A stretch of 54,015 nt of DNA, counting the filler, from Jimgerdemannia flammicorona (taxonomy: Eukaryota), in the NCBI GenBank assembly GCA_003990765.1. It is 3 parts of 3 records of this genome, joined end to end, with 100 filler letters (N's around TTAATTAATTAA, not from the genome) between each part and the next. Parts side by side here need not be neighbours in the genome. Positions count along the whole stretch, not along the records: positions 36,079 to 54,015 come from RBNJ01002358.1; 2 more parts are not named here. One strand, given 5' to 3'. Of the stretch, positions 36,079 through 48,733 are shown one piece after another. Both the position numbers and the translations under genes were made by a program. Within the stretch, counting starts at the first letter, position 1. Each line of letters opens with the position of its first letter. Under the pieces are notes generated by a model that saw only the letters and a program-made list of their open reading frames with translations, searched no databases and had not been told where the DNA came from.

Positions 36079-38671
36079 CACTCTTCGCAATCAAATTGTC
36101 CACCCTCCACCAAATGCCCTGAGCGGAAATTCAGCATAACATTCCTCCGCAGTATTCTCCACCATACCACCCAGTACTTGGGAGGGAGCCATCGCCGTAC
36201 CTCTGCACTCCAAGCCCAGATGCCTGCCCAGTCCCAATCCTCGCCGATCCCAACTGCCTGCCAGCCACTCGGCCAAAGATCCTGGCCAAGCCCCTGCTGA
36301 CACTCCACTCCCTCCCCAATATCGAAGACAGCCAAGGGAGTACCCCCCAGGAGCAGTCTATCCCAATGCCACATCTTAGGCCCCCACGCCACCTCCCCCT
36401 CATTACCCTGCCAGCGCAGGCCAATACAGTGTGCCCCCTCAGCCACTCCCCACCAAAACCCCTTGAACCGCAGCCTCCAAACTCCATTCAGCCCCACCAA
36501 AGAGAGCAGATCCCCGGAGGACCCTCGAGGGGACGTGCGCATCTCCCATACCTTCTGCAGCAGAGGCACCCAACCGCCGCCTTGCAATTCCATATACTTT
36601 GTCTTGATAGTACATAAGGTTGTCCTTGATGGTGTACCTTTTCTTGAATTTCTTAGTATTCCTTTATAGAACCAGAGAGTCTTGTTCATATGCCTTCTTG
36701 ATCTGATTGAGGAATTCAGATGCTACAGTGACTTGTAAAATTGCAGTAAGGTCAGGTCTTCTTGAGAGTACATCTGGTACAACTAGAGTTTTGCCAGACT
36801 TATAGATGATGTTTGGGGTAAAGGTCTGAAGTAGTTGACTCCACTTGGCTTGTTGGTGAGAAAGGGTTGGTTGAGTATTGATGTACTGAAGGGACCTGTA
36901 ATCAGTGATCACATCAAACTCAACTCCTTTTAGATAGTGTCATCAGGTCTTGAGGGTATGTATGATTGCCAGGAGTTCCTTTTCATAAGTAGCCAGCTTT
37001 TGTTCCACTGGGGACAATTTTCTTGATTCAAAGGTAATAGGTTGGTGTCCTTGACCATCATCTTGAGAAATAACTGCACCAATAGCAAAGTTAGATACAT
37101 CTGTAGTGACCATGAACTTCAAGTTTGGATCCATGTTTCTAAGAACAGGTGTATGGATCAGGTGGTTCTTGAGTTCTTGAAAAGCTTGTTGACAGAAAGC
37201 ATCTCAGATGTAGGGGACATAGAGGTCAGAGTTGGGTTCCTTTTGCAGGAGGTTTGTCAAAGATTCTGCAATACTAGAGAAGTTTTTGACAAATTGATAT
37301 ATAGTAGTATCCAGCCAGACCAAGGAAGGACCTGAGTTCAGTGAGGTTTGCTGGTACAGGCCACTGTTCAATGACTTGTATTTTCCTTGAGTCTACTTGA
37401 ATTCCTTTGGCTGATACAATGTGTCCAAGGTATTCAACTTGATCCTTGAAAAATTCACATTTCTTGAGCTTTGCATAGAGCTTGTTCTTGTGGAGGATCT
37501 TGAGGACTTGTTCAATGTGCTTGAGGTGTTCTTCTTCAGTGCTACTGAAGTTCAGAATGTTATCAATGTACATAAGTACAAAGATATAGAGCTGATCCTT
37601 GAAGACAGTTTGCATGAGGTCTTGAAAGGTTGCCGGCACATTGGTGAGACCAAAGTCCATGACTAGAAACTCATAGAGTCCAAAGGGTATCATGAAGGCA
37701 GTCTTGGGTATGTCTTCTGGCTTGATTTTAATTTGGTGATACCCAGAGGTAAGATCAATCTTGGTGAAGTACTTTGCATTCTTGAGAGCATCAAAGATTT
37801 GATCTATGAGCAGTAGCAGATAATGGTTCTTGACTATAATCTTGTTGAGTACTCGGTAGTCTATACACATTCACAGAGTATCATCCTTTTTCTTGACAAA
37901 TAGGACTGGAGAGCCAAAGGGTGACTTACTTGGTTGAATGGCTCCTTGCACAATAAGTTTGTTGAGTTCCTTCTTGGCTGCTTCAATTTCGAGTTGAGAC
38001 ATATGGTACATTTTCTTCTTAGGTATAGCTGCATCAGGTACCAACTTGATTTTATGGTTATAATCTCTTGAAGGTGGTAGACCAGGTAGTTTGTCTGGGA
38101 AGATATCCTTGTACTTATTCAGCAATAACTTGACACTTTCACTAATCAATAGCTTCTTGTCTTCTTTCTTTGGTTGGATCAGTACCACAAAGGTACACGT
38201 AGCTTTCTTGAGGGCCTTCTTGAACTGAATTGCCAAAAGGATAGCAATTGGGGTTCTCATCTGAGTCTTGTCTGGCTTGATGGTAATGTTGGCTCCATCC
38301 TGAATCATGGTGACTTCATTCTTAGTCCAATTAATCTGAGGGTTATGCTATGTAAGCCAGGGTTTGCCTAGGATCAGGTCATGGTCTCCTAGTGGTGCTA
38401 CCTTGAAATCTAAACATTCCCAGTACTTCTGGATGTTAAGGGGAAGTTTAGCAGTAATTGAGTTGATTGGTAAGATGGTGCCATCTGCAGTGACAACTCC
38501 ACCATTCTTGCTGGCTGGTTTGGTGAGAATCTTGAGCTTATTGATGAGGTTCTTGTTGATGAAGTTCCCAATAGCTCCACTGTCTATGAGAACATCTAGC
38601 TCTTATCCCTTGACTAGACCTTTGAAAATGAGCATTGAATTGACTTGGTTCTTGGCTATACTTGCAACTTT

Positions 38672-39075
38672 GTCAGTGCTACCAAAGCCTTTCTGATCTC
38701 ACTTGGTTGAGGACAGCTTTGTGACTTCTTTGATGACTGGTAGAGTGGCTTGCTCCAGAATGAGCTGTGCAATTCTGTCACCTTCATTGACTGTATATGG
38801 TTGGTTCTTGTGGTTGACTAGCAAGACTTATATTTCACCTCAGAAGTCGGGGTCAATGACTCCAGTACCAATATCCAATGAGTGCTTGAACTGAGACCAG
38901 ATCTTGGTGCAATTCTTGTATAATGTTTCTTGGGGATTTTGACTGAGAGGCTAGTTGGAATGAGCCTTCTTTCATGTACCAGAATAGTTACTTGTTGTAC
39001 TGCTTGAAGGTCTAAACCAATGGCTCCTTCTGACTATGCTTGAGGGATCTGGACCTTGGGGTTGACTTGCATGAA
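38672..39075 (-). pseudogene. Retrotransposon-encoded dUTPase domain
   Basis: All five trimeric dUTPase motifs are present in order: SEGAIGLDL, RIAPRSGL, GVIDPDF*GEI, GDRIAQLIL and K*DQKGFGSTD. There is one frameshift after RSGL and several stops. Confidence 0.93.
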
Positions 39076-40180
39076 ATTGAGTACAACTTCTTGTTCAACT
39101 GGTTGACCTTGAGTGTCTTTGGACAGGACCAGGATCCTCTTTGGTTTGGCAGTTTTCTTAGGACATTTGGTTGCAATGTGACCAGACTGATGGCAAAAGA
39201 AGCAGGCTCCAGCCTTCTTGATGTGCTCCATTTCCTCAGGTGTAAGCTTGCCTTTCTTGCTCTTATCGATGGTATCTAGGTCCATGGGGGCAGGTCCAAC
39301 AGTTCTGACTTTGGGTTCCTCCCTTCTGTGGTTGTTGTTGCTGTTGAAAGGTAATTTCTTCTGTTCAAAGCAGTGACCATAGGTGATGACATCAAACTGA
39401 TCAGTAATTTTCATTGCTATATCTAGGTCCTTGGGTTCTTCTAGTTCAACACAAACTCGGGTTTGACCTTTCAGACCTCAGATGTACTTATTGACCTTCT
39501 CATCTTCAGTAATATGTAGTAATTCAAGCAGGATTGACAGGAATTGTGCATTGTATACTTGCACAAACTTGAGTTATTTGACATTTGCCAGACAGTCTTG
39601 TGCAGCCTTGGTGCTATTGACTGGTTTGAATTGGCCTTGAATAGCATCAGCGAAATCACCCCAGGTCTTAATTCAGCTAGAGAATCTGGTATTCTGAACA
39701 TAATTTCACCACCAGATTGCAGTATTCCCTCAGAGGAGTATAGTGGCAAATTGGACTAGTGTTGCTTCTTCCAAATTGGTCAGTTCCCCATATTGCTCCA
39801 ATTGGAAAAGCCAGGCATCGGTAGACAGTCCTCCTCTTTGACCATCAAAGGTATTGGGCTTCTGAGGCTTGATAGTGACTGCTGTCAGATGTATTGATAT
39901 TGGTTGGGGTGCAGAGGTATGAGCAGAGGCCTTGCTTTCCTTTCTTTCTATACCTTCTTGAAGTTGAGCAATCTGAGCTAATGCAGTCTGCAAAAGTCTC
40001 TTGATGGCCCCATTTGACTGAGTAGGGTTTTGCTGTTCCTCTTCTTCTTGCTGATTGTACTGATTGTATGAGGCATTGTCTTGAACATAGATACTGTATG
40101 AAGGGTTCCACCTGTTGTCCTCTATAGTGTTGTAACTGATATCTTGAGAGGTGTCTTGATAAGGCTAGGTGTAACTTCAC

Positions 40181-40191
40181 CACTGCTACCA
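40181..40191 (-). promoter_or_regulatory. Primer-binding site, tRNA-iMet-like
   Basis: TGGTAGCAGTG starts 2 nt after the LTR terminal CA on the minus strand. Confidence 0.65.
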
Positions 40192-40193
40192 AG

Positions 40194-40596
40194 TGTAACA
40201 GTTCTAGTTTCTAAATGAGGAAGCGACTAAGTCTGGTGGTCCTAAGTAGCTTGAAGAGATACTAAGGATTTAAGTGTTCTTGAAGGATTTCTGAGAGAAA
40301 ATATTCTGAGACTTTATTCATGAGAACAAAGGGGATATTTATACAAGATCTGATAGGAGGATCTGGAAGGATCTGAGAAATCAAAAGAAAATGTCAAGAG
40401 GAAAGTTCTCGGCAAAGATGACAAATGATGACAAATAAAGTTCTACAAGTTTCCAGGACATTCAGTGACTAACTTAATAAGTACTAGTTAATGCTCAGTA
40501 CCAAGACAGGATTTCTAAGCATTCAGAAAGTACCAGAAGGTCATAGAATATTGAAGAAAGACAAAGAAAAGGAATAAACTATGCTAAAATGTTACA
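40194..40596 (-). repeat. 5' LTR (~403 bp) of the dUTPase-bearing gypsy element
   Basis: Bounded by TGTAACA...TGTTACA and directly adjacent to the PBS and gag. Confidence 0.8.
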
Positions 40597-40615
40597 CCCA
40601 CATTAACTATCACTA

Positions 40616-41990
40616 TTGCCAGATAATACAACTATATCCTTACTATTATCTCCTTGTCCAGTCAAGCCATTGCTTATCCATCTTCATTATCTGAAGCTAT
40701 TGCTGACCCATCTTTGTCATCTCAAGCTATTGCCAGCCCTTCCTTATCTTTATTTATCCAAGTTATTACCACTCTATCCTTATCTACTCAAAGTTGCTGC
40801 CAGCTCATTATCAGCTTCCCTTGTGGACAAGTATAACATTCCTGTCAATGTTCTTCTTAGTTACCTATGCATGAGTATTTTGAAAAGTTTTCTTAAACAA
40901 ATAAATAGTATATTACCTAAAGGAGTAAAGTTGTTTGGAAATATAAAAAAAGATAAGTTGTAGGAGTAGTTGTGCAAGTTTCTTAGGCTTGGGGATAGTG
41001 GTTTAGTAATAAACATTCAAGATCCTATCACTATTGGCAAGGATTTGAAGTTTTCAAGAATTGATCATAGATACAATAAAGTACTTAGATATGCAAACTA
41101 CACTATATCTAAGAAGTCTTTTGAGAATTGCATATATAACAATTACTGTCATAAGGTCTGGAGATCTTTTGAAAATACTCCTTTACAAGCAGATATACTT
41201 GAATCTATCAAAACAGCTAAGCTATCATTGATAGCAATACAGATTGCCTCAAATACACTCACTCTTGTTATTATTCCTCAAGTAAAGAATATTGTAGAGG
41301 CTGTTCATCAATGGGAGGATAGAATAATCAAGTGGCTTATAGATCCATATTACAATATAGCTAATTGACATATTTTTAAAAATACAGTTTCTAAATATAA
41401 GATAAGGATGAATTTATTTAAAATGGGCAGAAATCAGTAGGAATCATTAGCAAACTATATATTTTAGTAGACAGAATATCAAATTGTGCTAATTTCTCAA
41501 ATTCTTTATATCATTCTTAAATTATAGCACCTGTATGAAGAATATATTAGTCATCAAAGTAATATAGATCAATTTGTTACAGCATGTTCAGATGCTAATA
41601 TAGATAAATAAAGAATTATATTGAGTATCAAAAAGAGAATGGGTAAATTGGAAGAATATAACAGTTGTAATAAGTTAGTATGATTGAGTGAGGATTAAAT
41701 AAATATACAATATATATATATATTACTCTTATTAATATAATTTTAATTTTATCTTATAATAAATGAGGATAAATACTGCAATTAATATAACTGTTGATAT
41801 ATGGGTTCAACAAGATGAGATTGAAGATCATACAGATATACTTGGTATTTCAGCTAAAGAAGAAGCCATCAATGATTCTGAAATAATTCAAATTGAAAAA
41901 TTTTCCAACTCTTATTAATACTGCTCAAGATGATCTTGATGATGATGATTATGAAGAACCCTCTATAGTAGATTATATCTCTCTTACACA
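40616..41990 (+). pseudogene. Decayed unidentified coding sequence, probably transposon-derived
   Basis: Long near-open frame in CpG-free DNA (ORF 40970-41368 and its continuation) with an acidic tail. No family recognised. Confidence 0.3.
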
Positions 41991-42816
41991 AAGCAAGAGG
42001 TTTGTAATATTAGTACAGTTATAGTGAAAAACTATAATTGATAAGTGATTATTTCTAATATATATTAATATATATATTGTAACAAACCAAAATATATAAC
42101 TCAAATTATAACTTAGCCAGATGACATAAATAATTAGCATACTTACCCAGCATGATATGACTTTTAGTATATCATATGTAATTACTCATACCCACCATAC
42201 TTATAATTAGCCAGGATATCAGATCAGAGTTGTTTATCTGTATCCTGAGAACACACCTGTATCTGACAGACATACTCATGTCTTGCAGACACACTCATGT
42301 CTTGTAGATATACTCATGTCCTATAGATATATCTGTATCCAGAGAATATACCCAAGTATTATCAGAAGTAATAAATCTATAGTTAGCCATATAGTAATCA
42401 GATAGCAAAAACAATGCATAAATTACCTCTAGGATAAGAGTAAATAAACTTTAGTCTAAAATTGAAGCAAAAGACAAGTCTGCCTACCATACTTCAAGAG
42501 GAACTCTACAGCCACTACTAGGAGATTATGAGCTTATTTCCCCACTCTAGTCCACTTTCCAATATAAAGCTTGAAGATTTTACCACCAAGTTCAAGTAAA
42601 GAACTTTACCATCTTTGGAATTATTGGTATACTGGTCTGAAGACCCACTGCTTAAGAAATAAGCCATGCTATTGGTTTGCTTGCCATATAAGCCAGAAGC
42701 TTTCCACCTAAAAGAAAGCTACCTTGCTCAAGCCAGTTTCTGATACAACTTGCAGTGATCTGTCATACAAATAAAGCCAGTCTTTAATGTAACTTTGCTA
42801 AGAGACCCTTTTCAAG

Positions 42817-43281
42817 CAGCCTCTTTCTCTGCTACCTTACTGGTCACAATAGTTTAGTAGGCAACCTTCTGAGTCTACTTTCTACAATTATTACTCCCTT
42901 TACCTCAGATTAATTTGCTGTACCTATTGCAGAGTAGTAGGAGAGAGGCAATGTAATAAGTTGCCTCTTTATCAGTATCAGATCAGTGTCTTCTCTCCTT
43001 TTTTATAGTTTCTGGTGCCTTTGGCTATATCTGGAGTACATCTGTTTTGATGCAGTGCCTTCTTCCTTTTGCTGTTGCCAATAAGATGCTGTCTTGGTAT
43101 ATCACAGGCTATATAGAGAGTCAGCTGACCTTGGGCATCAAGTGCTTAGTATAGGTTACCTGTAGGTTCTTAGTGCCTATGGTGGAGCTCTCTGACTTTG
43201 GTAAGCTTCCCAGTAAGCATGGTTCTGGCATAGGTAATTGTTTTTCAGATGTTGTTGGGATGGGAGGAGAGATGGCCATCA

Positions 43282-43316
<35 letters not shown>

Positions 43317-43318
43317 TT

Positions 43319-43353
<35 letters not shown>

Positions 43354-45226
43354 GGACTCTATGTCTTGTAGATTTTTATTGAAAGTGAACCTAGACTATA
43401 TAGGCCAAAAACCCTCTCCCACCACCCATCCAGCACTACCCCCCCATTAACCTAGGCTAGCTATTGTCCAACAGGTTGACTATACCAGACACAGTAGGGC
43501 CTAGTTGGCCCACACCTTATTCTGCACACTATGCTCTCCCTATTACTAGGGAAAACCCAGCCATATACTAATGACCGAAAGCATATGTCCAAGAATCCAA
43601 TATATGTACAAGGTCATGCCTGAGCCAAATAGAATAGTCCCTACTACTACAAAGAGAATGATAGGTAAAGAAAAACTCTCATCAAATCACAATATGATGG
43701 GTAGGGCCTAGTTCTCCCAGTCAAGGTGAGGTGGGAGGAGACCTCCAATACCCCATTACTCAAGTCTGCAGACCTTGATCACATTGCTATATCAGCTCTT
43801 AGTTCCAGTTAAGTGTAGCTAAGATGCTTGAAATGGGTAGCCTTGGGCCCCCCAACTCTCCCTGATAACTGGGGCCCAACCTGCCAAATCGCCAAAAGAA
43901 GCTGAGAGTGACACTTACTACCTAACTACACCACACTAATCAAAAGGCCCCACCGAAGCAGCACCTGCCCTAGCCCTGATGACCGCCCCCAGCCTGGCAC
44001 TCTACTGGTTCACCATTAATGCTCTTCCTCCTATCTGTGAAGGCCATCTCCCCTCCCATCCTGACAACACCTGAAAAGCAGTCACCTATACCAGAACCAC
44101 ACTTGCCAGGAAGCTCACCAAAGCCAGAGGGCCCCACTATAGGCACTGAGAACCTGCAGGTAACCTACACTGAGTACTTGATGCCCAAGGCTGGCCAACT
44201 CTCTATATAGCCCAAGACACACCAAGACAGTACCTTGTTAGTGATGGCAAAAGGAAGAAAGCACCACACCAAAACAGATATACTCCAGATGCAGCCAAAG
44301 ACACCAGAAACTGTGAAAAAGTAGAGAAGACACTGATCTGATACTGATAAAGGGGCAACTCATCACCATTACCTCCCTCCCACTGCTCTGCAACAGATAT
44401 AGCAAACCAACCTAAGGTAGAGGGGGTAATAATTGTGGAAAGTGGACTCAGAAGGTTGCCTACCAAACCATTGTAACTGGTAAGGTAGCAGAGAAAGGGG
44501 TGGAGATAGTCATCACAGATAGAAGAAAGGGTAATAACAGTGAACCAATAGGATGCTAGACTGGGGGTGGTCATCAGGACTGAGGCAAGTACTGCTTCAG
44601 TGAAGCCTTTTGATTGGTGCAGAGTGGTTAGGTGGTAGGTGTCACTCTCAGCTTTTTGGCAATTTGGTGGATTGGGTTCTGGTCATTGTGGGGGATCAGG
44701 GGGCTCAAAGCTACCCCTTCAGGCATCTTGGCTATACTAAACTAGAACTGAGAGCTGAAACAGCAATGTGATCAAGGCCCGCAGACTTGAGTAGTGGGTA
44801 TTGGGGGTCTTCTCTCACCTCACATGTAAGTCCTTTACTCATCTCAACTGGGAGAACCAGGCTCTACCCACCATGATGTACTTTGATGAGGGTTTTTTCT
44901 TTGCCTATCATTCTCTTTGGGATGGCAGGAGCTATTCTATTTGGTACAGGCATGGCCTTGTACATACATTGGGGTCTCAGGCATGTGCTTTCAGTCTTGG
45001 CATATGACTAGATTCCCCCTAGTGATAGGAAGAGTATAGTGTGTAGAATGAGGTGTGGGCCAACATAGGCCCTGCTGCACCTGGTATAGTTGAGCTACTG
45101 GACAATAGCTAGCCTAAGTTAATGAGGAGGCAGTACTTGATGGGTGGTGGGGGAGGGTTTTGGCCTATATAGTCTAGGTTTTCTTCCAAAAAAAGTCCAT
45201 GGAACATTGAGTCTGTTAAAAAAAAA
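42817..45226 (+). mobile_element. ~1.17-kb poly(A)-tailed non-autonomous retroposon, copy A (split by copy B)
   Basis: 15-bp TSD GAGACCCTTTTCAAG (42802-42816) / GGGACCCTTTCCAAG (45227-45241). Short A-tail at 45218-45226. Confidence 0.85.
43284..44502 (-). mobile_element. Same retroposon family, copy B, inserted antisense inside copy A
   Basis: Poly(T) at 43284-43350. 15-bp TSD GAGATGGCCATCACA (43269-43283) / GAGATAGTCATCACA (44503-44517). Confidence 0.88.
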
Positions 45227-47537
45227 GGGACCCTTTCCAAGTTGAAGCCGCCAATTCAGGAAGAATCCGCGTCATCTGCCATTTTTAAGTTATCTGCATT
45301 CTCAGTTGAAGCCGCCGATTCAGGAAGAATCTACAACATCTGAGTTATTTATGCCATCTGAGTTATTTCCCAGTTAAAGCTGCCACTTTTAAGAAGTCTG
45401 CCGATTCAGGAGAATCTGCGACATCCAAGTTATTTGAGTTATCTGTGCCACCCAAGTATTATTCCCAGATGCCCGCTGTTTTAAGAGAATCTACGCCAAA
45501 TCGAGTTATCCACCAAATTTTATAAGGAGAACCGCCAAATTGCCAGATTGTCATGCATAAGGAACTCGTCATGCTACACAAGAGATCATCACCCAGAAAT
45601 TGCATACTTTTGGAGATTTTCACGCTACATATGAAATTTTACCAATTCCCAGTTAACCTAAGAAGGAAATCCATTCACAAATTGCTGCTACACCCAGAGA
45701 ACCATTCTAATTAGGAAATCAATACACAAATCACTCGCAGATAGCTAGATTGACTATTATATCACTAAACATCAAGAACATTTTGTTGCTTTTAACAAAG
45801 TAACTGGTGGCTCAAGCCAAACCATATCAACCCCCAACCTTGTAATTTGCCTCTATTGAGCCAGATACATTACAATATATATCAGACTTCTTATTTATTA
45901 TTATTATTACATATTTTGGAATCATTAAAGCCTATACTATTTTTCATCAAGAATGTGATCCTAAGTTTAATCTCACCTTTTTGATAGAAGATACTATAGA
46001 CTATATTTGTATATATATTTATAAAAAATGTGATTTTGAGAATCAAAAGAATACTAATGGAAAGGTTGTTGGATGTGAAGACAAATCTATAAGTATTTAA
46101 ATATATATAATTCATTGATATGTTTGATATCAATGAATACTGATATCTTTTTTATATATGTATAGTATTCTCTTACTATAGTAATTCGATCACAATTAGC
46201 AAATATTACTATAATCTTTACACTGTGGTGACCAATATTGGAATTTCAGCTATATAAAGAAGAAATAGATAGATAATCCATCATTATCTATCAAAGTCAG
46301 CAGATATATGTAGAGTCTATATAAGTATAAGGTATAAGTAGGTAATAGTGCTGAATCTGCTAGAGCATTGATAAGTGATGATATGAAAGCTTTTTATATA
46401 CTTTGTCAAACAAAAGATGCAATTGAAGCTAGACAATATGTAAATATTTTTATTTATTTCTTTAATGTCAGTCAAATATATGTATTAGTATTAACATATC
46501 ATAGTGTATTTATTTATTTTCATTTCTTTATCTTTTACATAGAGATGAAGCTTTGAATTATTTTGATATTAGATTTTCACAAAACTCATGAAGTTGGTAG
46601 TAAGTTTCACTTAATAACTTTAATTTTGATAACTCTATTTTATTTGAACCAATAACCTCTACTACCTAAAGGAACACAATTACTTCATTTATATTATAAT
46701 GATTACTTGAAGTTTATGTATCTAGTTTATACCTATTTGAACTGAAAAGTCTAATAATTTACTAAAAATACTTTTTACCAAAGTTAATAAGTATGATTAT
46801 GTTCACATATGTGATCCTTTACTTTATCCAGTATTCAAGGACTAGTTTGAGAGTAATTTCTATAATGCAGATTATGCAAAGTCGTATTTTTATAGCATAT
46901 ACTCTTTTCAAAGAAGTGGATATCAGTACTAGTAACATTATGCAAGTCTGAAAAAGGATATTCAATAGTTATATATTTAGGGTCAATAGAGTATTAAGTT
47001 TGATAGTTTGACTATTATATAATATATTGTTAGTATAAATGATATCTATTATACTTCTAGAGATCTTTATACAAAGTCTTACAAACTACTTACTGATAGT
47101 ATAAAAGAATCTCTTTTTTAAATAAATATATTCATAGATTATAATTTAAATTTAAATTTGATAGAAATCAGCTAAATATACTAATAAATTGCAAATTTAA
47201 ACTAAAGAACAACTTATTTCTTCAGATTTCTAATATATTATATTTATTCTGAAGAATGTAATATAAAATTACCATTTAGAAGTATATATTTATATTTATA
47301 TGAACTATAATATTATCATTTATATTTCTCATTAAGCTTTCAGTGAACCTAATTATTTATATATTGTTTTTTTTTTTTTTCAGAATTCAGAGAGTACCTA
47401 ATTATTCAAAACTATATAAGCTATCAATTATTCATATGAATTTATTTTGATAGATATAATACACAAATATTCTTATGATCTTCTTCACTTAGATCCAATA
47501 TTTCTTTATTTCTAAACTTCTCTCATGTTTAGATTGC

Positions 47538-47540
<3 letters not shown>

Positions 47541-47575
<35 letters not shown>

Positions 47576-48733
47576 GGACTCAATGTCCTGCAGATTTTTA
47601 TTGGAAGGGAACCTAGACAATATAGGCCAAAACCCTCCCCCACTACCCATTAAGCACTGCTCCTCTATTAACCTAGACTAGCTATTATCCAGCAGCTTGA
47701 TCATACCAGGTACAGCAGGGCCTATAGTAGTCTGCACCTCATTCTGCACACCATGCTCTTCCTACCACTAGGGGAAACCCAACCATATGCCAATGACTGA
47801 AAATGTATACCCGAGAACCCAACATATATACAAGGCCATGGCTGAGCCGAATTGAATAGCCTCTGCCATCTCAAAGAGAACAACAGGCAAAGAAAAACCC
47901 TTATCAAAGTACAATAGAGTGGGTAGGGCCTGGTTCTCCCAGTTGAGATAAGTAAAGGCCTTATATATGAGACAGGAGGAGACCCCCAATATCCCACTAC
48001 TCAAGCCTGTAGACCTTGATCACATTGCTATGTCAGCTCCCGGTTTCAGTTAAGTGCAGCCAAGATATCTGAAATAGGTAGCCCAACCCCCCCTGATGAC
48101 TGGGGCCTAACCTGCCAACTCACCAAAAGATGCCAAGAGTATTACCTACCACCTAATAGTACCACACTAATCAAAGGCCCCACAGAAGCAGCACCCGCCC
48201 TAGCCCCAATGACTGCCCCCAGCCTGGTACCCTACTGGTTCACTATTATTGCCCTTCCTCCTATCTGTGACAGCCATCTCCCCTCCCATCCCGATAACAC
48301 CCAAAAAGCAGTCACCTATGCCAGAACCATGCTTACCGGGAAGCTTGCCAAAGCCAGAGGGCCCCACCACAGGCACTGAGGTCCTGCAGGTAATCTATAC
48401 TGAGCACTTGATGCCCAAGGTTGGCCAATTCCCTATATAGTCCAAGACATACTGAGATACCACTTCATTGGTGATAGCAAAAGGAAGAAGGTGCTGCACC
48501 AAAACGGATGCACTCTGGACACAGCTGAAGAAAACCATGAAAAAGTGGAGAAGACACTAATCTGACATCGATAAAGAGGCAACTCATCACTATTGTTCTC
48601 CTCCCACCATGGCCATGTAGATACAGCAAACCAACCCAAAGTAGAGGGAGTAATAATAGGGGAAAGGAGACTTGAAAGGTTGCTCACCAAACCTTGTGAC
48701 TGGTAAGGTAGTGGAGAAAGGAGCTGAATTCTG
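47541..48733 (-). mobile_element. Same retroposon family, copy C
   Basis: Poly(T) at 47541-47572. 15-bp TSD TGTTTAGATTGCAGC (47526-47540) / TATTTAGATTGTAGC (48734-48748). Colinear with 43351-44502. Confidence 0.88.

Larger units (their letters stand above)
36581..40596 (-). mobile_element. Ty3/gypsy LTR retrotransposon, decayed and 3'-truncated: 5'LTR-PBS-gag-dUTPase-PR-RT-RNaseH
   Basis: Gag KPQKPNTFDG..DAWLFQLEQY and knuckle CFFCHQSGHIATKC. Protease VLIDSGA (38573-38584). RT MCIDYR..N, KIDLTSGYHQ and YIDNIL. RNase H VTTDVSNFAIGAVISQ, EKELLAI, TDYRSL and PDVLSR. The sequence breaks off before the integrase core. Confidence 0.95.
42078..45874 (+). mobile_element. Solo LTR of a second LTR family, interrupted by two nested retroposons
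   Basis: Starts TGTAACAAACC and ends GAGCCAGATACATTACA. Segments 42078-42816 and 45242-45874 align with LTR 50158-53087. Both flanks read ATATAT, compatible with a TSD but low complexity. No PBS follows. Confidence 0.82.

Noticed and set aside
36027..36689. 220-aa minus-strand ORF
   Set aside because: It is chimeric across the gypsy junction and runs into the N linker; no recognisable domain.
43970..44010. CTGATGA motif suggesting a hammerhead ribozyme (retrozyme)
   Set aside because: No correctly placed GAAA or stems were found, the motif is not conserved in copy C, and it is antisense to the poly(A) strand of that copy.
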